DNA from: Candidatus Parcubacteria bacterium
GTDB lineage: Bacteria > Patescibacteriota > Minisyncoccia > Phycocordibacterales > UBA5272
Reading direction: 5' to 3'
Assembly (NCBI GenBank): GCA_039796775.1
Contig: JBDKJD010000001.1
Coordinates: 5,874 to 69,873 of the forward strand
DNA: 64,000 nucleotides
Below are positions 17,800-27,198 of this stretch, in pieces (position 1 is the stretch's first letter; the number at the start of each line of letters is the position of its first letter). The position numbers were made by a program, and so were the translations under genes. A model generated the notes under the pieces. That model did no database searches and was not told the DNA's origin. It saw only the letters and a program-made list of their open reading frames with translations.

Positions 17800-18195
17800 G
17801 ACATGTTCCGGGAAAGATGTCGGTAACAGTGTGTCATAAAGTTGAATCATCCTAATCAAGGATGATTTTCTTTTACTAAGGGTGATTTATTGAGGGGTTT
17901 GCATTTGGCACGATACTCTCGATTACTCACTTATATAAGCAGACCTTTCGGCGGAGCGGAAAGGTCTCTAGCGTACAGCATTAAGCACACAGGCTTTTGC
18001 CTTGTCAAACTCGAACGGAGTTTACGGAGTGAGTTTGATAAGGATAAAAGCTGTGTGCTACGAGAGCATTCCCGAGCGACCGATTAAAGCGAAGGGAATG
18101 ATCTTGTGCGCGAAGCGCGTGCACAAGTGACATCCGGAGGACGGCGCGCAGTGCGTATTTGCATCTGTTGACTCGACTAAACATACACTTACGGA
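17800..18195 (+). promoter_or_regulatory. GC-rich cluster of stem-loops upstream of the Rep gene, a candidate rolling-circle origin (dso).
   Basis: Hairpins include ccgacatgttccgggaaagatgtcgg, aatcatcct-aatcaa-ggatgatt, agacctttcggcggagcggaaaggtct and cttgtgcgcgaagcgcgtgcacaag. The local GC content is well above the surrounding DNA. Confidence 0.4.
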
Positions 18196-18198
18196 GAA

Positions 18199-19068
18199 AT
18201 GAGAAATCCAATAATCTACAAAAAGAAAATAATAATCTCTGGCTCAACAGTTGAGATTCTTTCATACGAGATACCGATAACACATGGTTTTGAAATATCT
18301 CCTAAGTGGAGAGAAAAGAGGAGACTGGCGAAGTTATCGGCTAAAGCAAACCTATCAGAGCAACAATTGCAAGAACGAAGAAAAAGAAACAGAAAACTAG
18401 CCATGATACGAGCAAGTAAAACACTCATACGACTGATTGATTGTAATGTATATCAATACAAAAATACCGTAGGAAGAATCTATCTTCCTGTCTTTCTTAC
18501 GCTTACATTTAAAGAAGACGTACGAGAACAAAAAGAAGCCAATAGACTGTTTACTCTTTTCATAAAAAGACTGAACTACCATGTAAACAAAAAGATCAGA
18601 AACCCACTCAGGTATTCTGTTGTTATCGAGTTCCAAGATCTTAATCGTAAAGGGGTAATTCATTACCATACTCTTTTCTATGATCTGCCATTTATACGAA
18701 GTACAACACTAGAGAATCTCTGGGGAGAAGGTTCTATTAATATCAACAAAGTACATAAGGTTAAGAAGATTGGACTATATGTTTCTAAGTATATGTCTAA
18801 GAATTTTGAAGACCCTCGACTCGATGGACATAAACGATACTTTTCAAGTAGAGGACTTATCAAGCCTAAGACGTATGCAGGAGAGGAAGCGTACAGAATC
18901 GTTAAGTCTGTCATACCTACAGAGGTAACTGTTAAGGTGAGTAACTTTACTACTGAGAAACTTGGCAGTGTAACAAAGGAACTATTTTCTTTTCCTGAGA
19001 AGGAGCATATAGGCGAGCATATCTCCTCTGAGTTTAGGGAGTTGCTTGAGAAGTATGACATTTCCTAA
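18199..19068 (+). CDS. HUH-superfamily rolling-circle replication initiator (Rep), phiX174 gpA / RCR-plasmid type.
   Basis: Motif I is FLTLTF, motif II is HYHTLFY (HUH), and motif III is YVSKYMSK (YxxKY double tyrosine). The order and spacing are correct. Confidence 0.75.
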   Translation: MRNPIIYKKKIIISGSTVEILSYEIPITHGFEISPKWREKRRLAKLSAKANLSEQQLQERRKRNRKLAMIRASKTLIRLIDCNVYQYKNTVGRIYLPVFLTLTFKEDVREQKEANRLFTLFIKRLNYHVNKKIRNPLRYSVVIEFQDLNRKGVIHYHTLFYDLPFIRSTTLENLWGEGSININKVHKVKKIGLYVSKYMSKNFEDPRLDGHKRYFSSRGLIKPKTYAGEEAYRIVKSVIPTEVTVKVSNFTTEKLGSVTKELFSFPEKEHIGEHISSEFRELLEKYDIS

Positions 19069-19212
19069 TCAAGTTATTAAAACTGAAGCGACTTCTAGTG
19101 TGGTTACAGATGAAGATATCAAGAAGCTCGCAAAACTGTATGCATGGCTTATAAAGGAGCACAAAAAGCAAAATCCTGACTTATACAAAAAGAAGGAGTA
19201 TAATTAGAAATT

Positions 19213-19983
19213 ATGAAAACAAAGCTTCAGAAAATTAAAAATTGGATTGTAAGAGACGATCTCGATCTTAGTGCTAAATGGTGGCATAGATTACTTAAGG
19301 TTCTTTTTATAATATCTTATTTATTGGTAGCATTTTATTTTTTGAATCTACTTGCAAACTCATACTCAAGTATAATTAATAGATGGGTTTTTGCTGATGT
19401 GTTATCTTCAAGATTACTTAAACCAGAGTATACAGGCAAAGTCTTTTCTATCTATGAACTACAAAAAGACAACGAGGTAATAAGTACACTAGATCAGGTA
19501 TATTCTAAAGATGGATATAGTCCGAGTTTAGAAGCAAAAGAAACACTGAGACCTTATTCATCGCTATTTCTAGTGAGCAACCCTCCAGTTCAAAGTTTCT
19601 GTTCAGACAAACTTCCTGAAAAAGTTAAAGATATTGCTCTAATGAACAACATTAAATTTTTTTCAGATGAGAACCCAAGATTTGATAAGCTCACAAATAA
19701 TATTGATTCTTTTATTTCCTATCTTGACAGTAAATCATTTACTATCAAGTGTGTTATGGTTGATAGTTATACAATAGTTAATAATGACAGCACAGAGTCT
19801 ACATATAAGTTTTTGAGGCCGGTCAATACATACGATTACTCGATCTTCAGATATGAAGACGGTAAATTACTTTTGTTACTTGCAATTGTAATAGGCGTTT
19901 TCTTTTATTTTATTTCTATTTTTATATGTCTAGTTATTTATTACAAAATAATACTTTATATAGTTTTTGGTAGCAAAAAATAA
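19213..19983 (+). CDS. Hypothetical membrane protein with N- and C-terminal transmembrane segments.
   Basis: It is 256 aa. Its stop is adjacent to the recombinase start (taaATG). Confidence 0.5.
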   Translation: MKTKLQKIKNWIVRDDLDLSAKWWHRLLKVLFIISYLLVAFYFLNLLANSYSSIINRWVFADVLSSRLLKPEYTGKVFSIYELQKDNEVISTLDQVYSKDGYSPSLEAKETLRPYSSLFLVSNPPVQSFCSDKLPEKVKDIALMNNIKFFSDENPRFDKLTNNIDSFISYLDSKSFTIKCVMVDSYTIVNNDSTESTYKFLRPVNTYDYSIFRYEDGKLLLLLAIVIGVFFYFISIFICLVIYYKIILYIVFGSKK

Positions 19984-21513
19984 ATGAAAGCAATTATCGT
20001 AGCAAGAGTCTCCACAGACGAACAGAAAGAAAATTCTCCTGATGCTCAGATATACAGAATGGAGAGATACTGCGAGAATAAAAATCTAACTATTATTGAA
20101 AGGTTCAGCTTTGTTGAGAGCGCTTACAAAACTAAACGTGATGAATTCGATAAAATCTTATCATCGGTAAAGAGCACAAAAGAAAGAGTTGCTATTTGCT
20201 TTGACAAAGTTGACCGACTCTCTAGAAACATATTCGACAAGCGAGTAGCTTTGCTGTACGAGAAAGCTATTAATAATGATATTGAACTTCACTTTGTTTC
20301 TGATGGTCAGGTGATAGACAGTAACATCTCTGCGGGTGATAAATTTGCCTTTGGAATGAAGCTTGGTCTTTCTAAATACTATTCAGATGCGATCAGCGAT
20401 AACGTGAAGCGTGCATTTGAACAAAAGCGAAGAAATGGTGAATGGACTGGTAGTGTACGACTCGGGTATCTTAACGTTACCTTAGACGAAAGCAAGAGAC
20501 TTCGAAAGGATATTATTGTTGACCCTGAAAGAGGGCACCTCATAGTTAGAATGTTTGAACTCTACGCTACAGGACTATATTCACTAGAAACTATTCGTCT
20601 ACAAATGATCGATCTCGGACTAAGGACACTCAAAGGTAACAAGCCTTCAAAGAGCGGTATTGAGAATCTTCTTAAGGATAGCTTTTATTGTGGTGTTGCT
20701 ATGTCTCCTAAATATGGAAACTTTCACCACAAGTACCCAAGACTTATCTCAAGAGAACTTTTTGATCAATGTCAAGATATACGAAATGGACGCAACCTTC
20801 GTAAACATAAGTCTGTATCTAAGGAAGTTCTCTTTAAAGGACTTATTACTTGTGATCGTTGTGGTTGTACCATGACACCAGAAATAAAAAGGAAACCTAG
20901 TGGTAAGGAATATGTATTCTATTCTTGTACCAATGCCAAGAAGATATGCGAAAGGATATATGTTAATGAGAAGGAGCTTCTTAAGCCAATTTATGACATT
21001 CTAGACAGATTCCAATCTATATCCCAAGAGACACAGGACAGACTAATTAAGGAACTCAAATCAACCAATCAAGTAGAATCTGATTTTCATAAAGCGCAGA
21101 TTTCCAGAATTAACAGTGAACTTGATATGATCAAAATAAAGCAAGATAAGCTTCTAGACGCATACCTAGATGAGCGTGTTACAGAGGAACAATTTAGCCA
21201 AAAGCAAAAAGAGTATTCTCGTCAGACAGGATTACTTGAGATTGAAGCTAGTGAGTACAGAAAGGGGGATTTTAGCTATCAAGATACCGTAGCTCAAATA
21301 ATTACAATATCTCGAGAAGCAAAGGATATTTTTGAGAAGAGTTCTGATGTTGCCGGAAAACGTGCTTTTATCAATTCACTAATTCAGAACCCGACCGTAA
21401 ATAAGAAAAAGCTATGTTTTACCATAGCTTCTCCTTATAATTTAGTACTAGAACTTGCTAGTACCCCTAACTGGCTCCGTGGGCAGGGATCGAACCTGCG
21501 ACCAACTCGTTAA
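19984..21513 (+). CDS. Large serine recombinase with a resolvase/invertase catalytic domain, a recombinase domain, a zinc ribbon and a coiled coil.
   Basis: The N terminus is MKAIIVARVSTDEQ (catalytic Ser). A Cys cluster (CDRCGCTMTPE...YSCTN) is present. Its 3' end overlaps the tRNA-Asn gene by 42 nt on the opposite strand. Confidence 0.85.
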   Translation: MKAIIVARVSTDEQKENSPDAQIYRMERYCENKNLTIIERFSFVESAYKTKRDEFDKILSSVKSTKERVAICFDKVDRLSRNIFDKRVALLYEKAINNDIELHFVSDGQVIDSNISAGDKFAFGMKLGLSKYYSDAISDNVKRAFEQKRRNGEWTGSVRLGYLNVTLDESKRLRKDIIVDPERGHLIVRMFELYATGLYSLETIRLQMIDLGLRTLKGNKPSKSGIENLLKDSFYCGVAMSPKYGNFHHKYPRLISRELFDQCQDIRNGRNLRKHKSVSKEVLFKGLITCDRCGCTMTPEIKRKPSGKEYVFYSCTNAKKICERIYVNEKELLKPIYDILDRFQSISQETQDRLIKELKSTNQVESDFHKAQISRINSELDMIKIKQDKLLDAYLDERVTEEQFSQKQKEYSRQTGLLEIEASEYRKGDFSYQDTVAQIITISREAKDIFEKSSDVAGKRAFINSLIQNPTVNKKKLCFTIASPYNLVLELASTPNWLRGQGSNLRPTR

Positions 21514-21546
21514 CAGCGAGCTGCTCTACCGCTGAGCTACCACGGA
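21472..21546 (-). tRNA. tRNA-Asn (anticodon GTT).
   Basis: A manual cloverleaf gives: acceptor TCCGTGG/CCACGGA, D arm GCTC-AGCGGTA-GAGC, anticodon stem with loop CTGTTAA, T arm GCAGG-TTCGATC-CCTGC, discriminator G, encoded CCA. Confidence 0.9.
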
Positions 21547-21718
21547 ATATATAAGTAAACGTAAAAAGAATTGTACTAAAAAAAGATTGTTTCTGCAAGC
21601 TATAAGATAATCATTATAGTACAACTCTTAGCATATCACTGTATCCTTTATTGTCTTAAAATATACAATCATGGTAACTTTTTATTATCTATTAAAACTC
21701 AATCGGTAATCAACAAAT

Positions 21719-21752
21719 AAAAAATCTCAAACGAATTCGTTTGAGATTTTTT
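21719..21752. terminator. Bidirectional hairpin terminator.
   Basis: aaaaatctcaaacg-aatt-cgtttgagattttt is a perfect palindrome flanked by A and T runs. Confidence 0.45.
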
Positions 21753-21785
21753 GAACATATAGTTAACGATAGTTAACCAATATAG

Positions 21786-22412
21786 TTATATAGAATGTTC
21801 TTTTAGACGATTGTACACATATGCAGAAGAGAATACTGATACAGGAACAGTAACAACAAGACCAACCAAGAATAGTAATGCCCCAGCCACATTAAGAAGC
21901 ACGATGAGAATAAGGAAAGCAAATAGCATAAAGAAATGCTTGTCAGTAAGCTTGTATGATTTTTTGATCAACTCTTGTATTGAGTCATTTTCATTATCAA
22001 CCAATGTGTAGGTGAAAAAATGAAAACGAACCATAACAAAAATAGCAGGGGCAATGATAAGCAAGCTGAACCATCTAGCAGGCACAAGATATAATAATGT
22101 TCCTACGATGATAGCAAAAAGCATATAAATAGCTCCCAGAATAAGAAGTTTTGTTACTTTCTTTGGGGACAAGATAGGCTCTATAAGTGAAGAAAAATCA
22201 AAATGATGATCTCTCGCCACAAGTAATGACACGTATGTTATTGAGAGCGCTATCAAGAATCCAACAATAGTACTCAAGATAGGGACACTTTCTACTGAGC
22301 TAGTAATAATCGCGACGATAAGAAACGTTAAAAAAGAAAACCAATAATGTTGTTTTGTTTTGTTCCAACCAAAAACAAAAGCTTCTTTGAATGAAAAATG
22401 ATGTTTTGACAT
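21786..22412 (-). CDS. Hypothetical polytopic membrane protein.
   Basis: It is 208 aa with 5-6 hydrophobic helices. Confidence 0.5.
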   Translation of the reverse strand: MSKHHFSFKEAFVFGWNKTKQHYWFSFLTFLIVAIITSSVESVPILSTIVGFLIALSITYVSLLVARDHHFDFSSLIEPILSPKKVTKLLILGAIYMLFAIIVGTLLYLVPARWFSLLIIAPAIFVMVRFHFFTYTLVDNENDSIQELIKKSYKLTDKHFFMLFAFLILIVLLNVAGALLFLVGLVVTVPVSVFSSAYVYNRLKEHSI

Positions 22413-22555
22413 AAATATACTTATGCTTATGAGTATACATTTTATGAGAAGTATTAGATGTGTATAAGATTGTATTTTGATTTTTAATACGACATTACTA
22501 TGTTGTATACTGATATGTATTAGCAGTATAAATATTAATTTTTAGTTCCTACACT

Positions 22556-22921
22556 ATGCATATCATAATAAGCGGGGTACATGTTGATATTACAGAAGCA
22601 ATGAGAACGTATGCAGAAGATAAGCTTCAATCTGTAGAAAAGCTCATCAAACGTGATGACAGTAGCGCATCTCTCACTCTTGAATTATCAAAAACGAGTA
22701 ATCATCATGTTCATGGAGACTTCTTCCTAGCTGAAGCCATGCTCCATATTCGCGGAAAGGATATGACACTCAAAGCAACTGAAGATAATATGTATAAGGC
22801 AATAGATGTAGTCAAAGATAAGCTCCTAAGAGAACTTTCTTCCTACAAGGACAAAGAGCTTTCTATTATTCGTAGAGCTCAAGCCAAAATAAAATCATTA
22901 TTAAAAAATAACAACGAATAA
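22556..22921 (+). CDS. hpf: Ribosome hibernation promoting factor / ribosome-associated inhibitor A.
   Basis: MHIIISGVHVDITEAMRTYAEDKL...HHVHGDFFLAEAMLHIRGKDMTLKATEDNMYKAIDVVKDKL matches the HPF/YfiA family. Confidence 0.85.
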   Translation: MHIIISGVHVDITEAMRTYAEDKLQSVEKLIKRDDSSASLTLELSKTSNHHVHGDFFLAEAMLHIRGKDMTLKATEDNMYKAIDVVKDKLLRELSSYKDKELSIIRRAQAKIKSLLKNNNE

Positions 22922-22928
22922 GCCACTC

Positions 22929-23615
22929 ATGTCTAAGAATGAAAAAATGCTCTACGGAGGTATCGCTTTAGTCGTAGTTGTTGTATCACTTGTTTATACT
23001 ATTGCTGTATCTGGTACAACACAAACCACGACTCCTTCATCTACTAATCAAAGCGCAACCGGGGAATCATCATCTCCTATTAACAACACATCATCACCTC
23101 AACCACCTATGAATCCAACCTCTGAAGTAAAGAATTATACTCGTGCAGTCATAACAACAAACAAGGGTGTAATAGAAGTAGAGCTCGATACAAATAAAAA
23201 ATTAACAGTAGGAAACTTCGGCAAGCTCGCTGATGCTTCATTTTATAATGGAGTACGTTTCCACAGAGTTATTAAAGGCTTCATGATTCAAGCCGGAGAC
23301 CCTCTCTCAAAAGACCTTGCCAACAAGAATGTATGGGGGACAGGAGGGCCTGGATATAAGTTCAATGATGAATTAGTTGGTAATGAACAGTACACAACTG
23401 GAACATTAGCAATGGCAAATGCTGGACCTAATACAAACGGAAGTCAATTCTTCATCGTAACCGCGCAACCTGGGGTACCTCTTCCTGCTTCATATACTGT
23501 TTTTGGTAAAGTGACAAAAGGATTAGAAGTAGCACTCTCTATAGAAAATGTACCAACTAATTCGAGCGATCAACCACTGGAAGATGTAATAATCGAAACA
23601 ATAGAAATGAAATAA
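22929..23615 (+). CDS. Cyclophilin-type peptidyl-prolyl cis-trans isomerase, membrane-anchored.
   Basis: FHRVIKGFMIQAGDP and GTLAMANAGPNTNGSQFFI are present, after an N-terminal transmembrane segment and a low-complexity linker. Confidence 0.85.
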   Translation: MSKNEKMLYGGIALVVVVVSLVYTIAVSGTTQTTTPSSTNQSATGESSSPINNTSSPQPPMNPTSEVKNYTRAVITTNKGVIEVELDTNKKLTVGNFGKLADASFYNGVRFHRVIKGFMIQAGDPLSKDLANKNVWGTGGPGYKFNDELVGNEQYTTGTLAMANAGPNTNGSQFFIVTAQPGVPLPASYTVFGKVTKGLEVALSIENVPTNSSDQPLEDVIIETIEMK

Positions 23616-23739
23616 GGGAGGTATTGAACTTTAAGCTGTTAACTTTGATCCTAATAAAAATGCGAGACTTCTGTCTCGCATTTTTACTGATGTCATGTAT
23701 CACTTACAATGACTTTTGCTATTTGCTAACAGTCAACGA

Positions 23740-24621
23740 CTAATTGCTGTTCATGTATCCTCGCTTGAAACTTTCGAAGTCCATTTGTTTTTTGCCTTCT
23801 GGGGTTACGGAGAGTATATAAGCATCTGCTGTTATTTCATTTTTTGTAGTCACAAGATCAAGTGCGTTTATTTTAACTCGTATCTCTTTGTCCTTATGGG
23901 TAATAAAGAAATACAATCCAGGCCAAGGGGAGAGTGCTCTATACTTACGTCTTACTTCACGAATATCATCATGAAGATGAATGAGGCCAAGTTCTTTGGT
24001 TATCTTCTTGCAGATTGTAGCTTCGGCGTGATTCTGTTCCTGTGGTAGTAATGTTTTTTCTATATAATGCGACAAACACTGCACAAGCATCTCGCCGCCC
24101 ATTTGACCACATATTACTTCGAGAGTTCCGGCCGTTGCTTCTGTTGGCGTCATGAAACTATTCTGAACCAAAATCGGTCCATGATCCATTTCATTGTCTA
24201 ACTTCATAATAGAAACACCTATACTCATATCACCATTTAAAAGCGCTGACTCCAAAGGAGATGGTCCTCTATACTTTGGAAGAAGTGATGGGTGTACATT
24301 TAAGACACCATGCTCAGGGAGAGTGAGTATAGATTCTGGAATAATTTTGCCATATGAGGCTACAATAAATACATCAAACGGTTGTTTAAAAATAACAGAG
24401 TCTTCTCTGAGATCTTTTAATGACTCAGGCTGGAAGACGTCTATCCCTTTTAAGGATGCCCATGTCTTAATAGATGGGGCTGTGACTACCATATGTCGAC
24501 CTTGTTCTTTATCTGGCTTGGTTACAACAAGAGAAGGTATATATCCATTACGATATAATGTAGCGAGTACACTTTCAGCAAGCGGCCCCGTTCCAAAAAA
24601 AGCATATCTGAGTGGTTGCAT
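23740..24621 (-). CDS. fmt: Methionyl-tRNA formyltransferase.
   Basis: The family motifs are present (..VASYGKIIP.. HGVLNVHPSLLPKYRGPSPL..), and it is paired with def. Confidence 0.85.
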   Translation of the reverse strand: MQPLRYAFFGTGPLAESVLATLYRNGYIPSLVVTKPDKEQGRHMVVTAPSIKTWASLKGIDVFQPESLKDLREDSVIFKQPFDVFIVASYGKIIPESILTLPEHGVLNVHPSLLPKYRGPSPLESALLNGDMSIGVSIMKLDNEMDHGPILVQNSFMTPTEATAGTLEVICGQMGGEMLVQCLSHYIEKTLLPQEQNHAEATICKKITKELGLIHLHDDIREVRRKYRALSPWPGLYFFITHKDKEIRVKINALDLVTTKNEITADAYILSVTPEGKKQMDFESFKRGYMNSN

Positions 24622-24632
24622 GATGTGATTAA

Positions 24633-25163
24633 TTATTTCTTATTATTCTTTTTAATATCTTCTTCTGTATATTCTTCTAAATCAAAACCATGATCAATAA
24701 AAAGTATACCGTCTAAATGGTCTATTTCATGTTGGAATATGTGAGCGATAAGACCAGAGCCTCCGAAGGTGAACTTGCGGCCTTCTACATCATACGCTTC
24801 AACTGTGGCTTGCGTATAGCGATACGTTTTCCCATATATCCATCGCACAGAGAGACAGCCTTCTTGCATTGTCACTCTCTTTTTGGAATGTTTAATAATC
24901 TTCGGATTAATGAAGACAAGTGGAGTATCTTTGGCTCCTGGTTCATACGATGATGAAGCGACAACAAAAATCCTAAGAGAGATGCCGATCTGTGGAGCAG
25001 CTAATGCTACACCGTCTTCTTCTTTTTTAAGAGCGTCTTGCATATCACGTATTACATCTCTCAAAAGAGGAGAGCCGAATTCTTCTTGTGTCACAGCTCT
25101 TGCTTGTAGACGAAGAACACTTGATGGATTCTTATCTATTTGAAGTATTGCCTGGGGTTTCAT
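24633..25163 (-). CDS. def: Peptide deformylase.
   Basis: The motifs GVALAAPQIG, EGCLS and HEIDHLDG are present. Confidence 0.9.
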   Translation of the reverse strand: MKPQAILQIDKNPSSVLRLQARAVTQEEFGSPLLRDVIRDMQDALKKEEDGVALAAPQIGISLRIFVVASSSYEPGAKDTPLVFINPKIIKHSKKRVTMQEGCLSVRWIYGKTYRYTQATVEAYDVEGRKFTFGGSGLIAHIFQHEIDHLDGILFIDHGFDLEEYTEEDIKKNNKK

Positions 25164-25226
25164 GTCTTTAATCTAGCACAAAAATTACAAACCCTCTATA
25201 GTTCCCGTATAGCAAATGGCACTAAC

Positions 25227-27098
25227 TTAATTGAAGAAATTAAGAGGGTTGACTTCTTTTTTATTATTAAAAAAGAGATGCTTCATAGTATTCCTAACAT
25301 GTTCATCATGTTCCCACAGAGATGTTTTGACATGAATGAAAAGTAATGTAATACCTCGTCCTTGCTCATACCAATCGAGATGATATGAAGATAATTCTTT
25401 TATCAAGAGAGCACGGTACGCTTCTTCCATATTCTCAAAAGAAACTTTGATTACAGTGTAATAAGGGGGGAGTAAGAACTCTTTTCTTTCTTTTTGCAAA
25501 ATATCATACACATCTCTAAAGGAAGGCGTGGTTACATGCGAAATAATCGGTAATGTTTTCATCCTTGTTTGCAAGATGAATGTCATATACTTAGGGTCTC
25601 TTTCTTTTACCTTCTCGGACAATTCAGTAATTAATGACAATATCTTTTCGTCGACTCTATATTCAGGGAGAGAGAACAATGAGTCAAGTGAAGAAACTAT
25701 GACAGCGTCAGCTTCAGACTCCTTGAGAAAGGGGAGTATCATTTCTGTACCAAGCAAAACCCCGTACTCTGCCTTCTTCCATTCTTTGTAGACTTTTAAT
25801 GCTTTGGTTTTTGTGCTAGTTCTCTCAGCGTCAATACAAAATACCGGCATATGTATTTCTTTGAGAGCTTCTTCTATTCCTCCACTAGCAACGCCAAGCG
25901 TGAACAGTCTCCAACTACCACAATGACTACAGATAATGTTCTTATCTTCTTCTATGCGTTTCAAATCATTGCAGGAATGACACACAAACGTGCGTACATT
26001 ATTAATCTTATGTAACACATATGGTCTATTACAAGAAGAACATTCATAAAGCGCTCCACAATCTGAACAGACCGTTGTGGGATACATACCCTTGCGATGA
26101 CAGAAGACGACGATATGCCCACGTTTACGGTCATGAGAGGCTTGAAGTAACAAGAGAGCTTCTTCTCCAAAGTATGGATTCTTGCTCTTATTGTCCTTCA
26201 TGTCGACAACTGTTACATATGCATCATTTCTATACTTTGGCGGCATAAGAGCAAAAGCTTCTCTCTGTGAATAAAGTACATGTGCTCGTAGCGACAAAAA
26301 CGATGAACCAAAAAGACAAGGGATGTTAATATGCTGCGCTATAGATTCTATGATGACACGCATATCATAAGAAACCTTACCATATCGATAATAATGATTA
26401 CTGTTTTCTTTTTCTAATACTATATAGCCAACATCATGCTTAATAAATGGCACAATAGACGGAGTTGAGATAATAAGTAATGGGGTCTTGATGGTAGAAA
26501 TTTTCTCAATGGATGATGCATACTCTTTATCGGAGAGATCACTGTGGAGGACGACAAATTTTTCTTCTATTCCTTTGATGAGGTGGGTGGTGATATTTTC
26601 TATGTCTTTTATGGTAGGCAAAAATAATACAACGCTTTTCTTTTTGGAAAACATTTCTCTTATAAGACTTCTATACATAGTCATTCTATGTTCATGTGAC
26701 TCAAGTAGAACAGATATCTCTTTGTTTTCAGTTTGGTCTTTGGACTCTTTCCAAAGTTTATGTGGGATGTCGAATGATCTTTCACTCAAAAAATCATAAA
26801 TAATCTCACCGGGAGTTTTGAGAGTACAAGAGGCTCCATAAACAATTCCTTGCCACAACTTCGGAGCAAGAAAAGATCTCACGAGGCAGATAGTGATTTT
26901 TTTTGTGACAAAGGAAGCATTTTTGATGCTCTGCTTTTGTTCAATAAGAGGTTCTAGATTGATGACGAGTGCTCTTACTTTGCGTTTCCGTATATCTATT
27001 TCAACAAGATCTCCAGGGGATAATGCAATTGAAGAAAAGTAAGTCAACTCCTCATAAGGAATAGAAGAAGTGAGCGGACATACAGTCACGATATTCAT
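25227..27098 (-). CDS. priA: PriA-like primosomal protein with degenerate helicase motifs.
   Basis: It has a PriA-type N-terminal domain and the VLHSDLSDKEY motif. The Cys-rich zinc-binding region (CSDCGALYECSSCN...CHSCN) is present. Canonical Walker A GSGKT and Walker B DEEH are not found; SHEHRMT and LEKE occupy those positions. Confidence 0.65.
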   Translation of the reverse strand: MNIVTVCPLTSSIPYEELTYFSSIALSPGDLVEIDIRKRKVRALVINLEPLIEQKQSIKNASFVTKKITICLVRSFLAPKLWQGIVYGASCTLKTPGEIIYDFLSERSFDIPHKLWKESKDQTENKEISVLLESHEHRMTMYRSLIREMFSKKKSVVLFLPTIKDIENITTHLIKGIEEKFVVLHSDLSDKEYASSIEKISTIKTPLLIISTPSIVPFIKHDVGYIVLEKENSNHYYRYGKVSYDMRVIIESIAQHINIPCLFGSSFLSLRAHVLYSQREAFALMPPKYRNDAYVTVVDMKDNKSKNPYFGEEALLLLQASHDRKRGHIVVFCHRKGMYPTTVCSDCGALYECSSCNRPYVLHKINNVRTFVCHSCNDLKRIEEDKNIICSHCGSWRLFTLGVASGGIEEALKEIHMPVFCIDAERTSTKTKALKVYKEWKKAEYGVLLGTEMILPFLKESEADAVIVSSLDSLFSLPEYRVDEKILSLITELSEKVKERDPKYMTFILQTRMKTLPIISHVTTPSFRDVYDILQKERKEFLLPPYYTVIKVSFENMEEAYRALLIKELSSYHLDWYEQGRGITLLFIHVKTSLWEHDEHVRNTMKHLFFNNKKEVNPLNFFN

Positions 27099-27198
27099 GG
27101 TTATATACTACCTCAAATCATTGTCAAAAGCATCTCCGGGGTGTTTTGTAATCAAAAAATATTATTTAAAACTATGCTATACTTCTCTTTATAACACT

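Larger units (their letters stand above)
15221..21546. mobile_element. Candidate integrated element (serine recombinase + rolling-circle Rep) adjacent to tRNA-Asn. The extent is approximate.
   Basis: The recombinase gene overlaps the tRNA 3' end. The Rep, a hairpin cluster and DUF4145/DUF559 cargo lie in between. A tRNA-like inverted repeat sits at the far end. Confidence 0.5.

Noticed and set aside
17890-18283. ORFs 17890-18087 (+) and 18005-18283 (-) in the GC-rich region upstream of Rep.
   Set aside because: They overlap each other and have Arg/Leu-rich translations typical of GC-rich non-coding DNA. The region is better explained as a structured origin or RNA.
20660-20875. Internal 71-aa ORF inside the serine recombinase gene.
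   Set aside because: It is an out-of-frame overlap within a well-supported longer gene.
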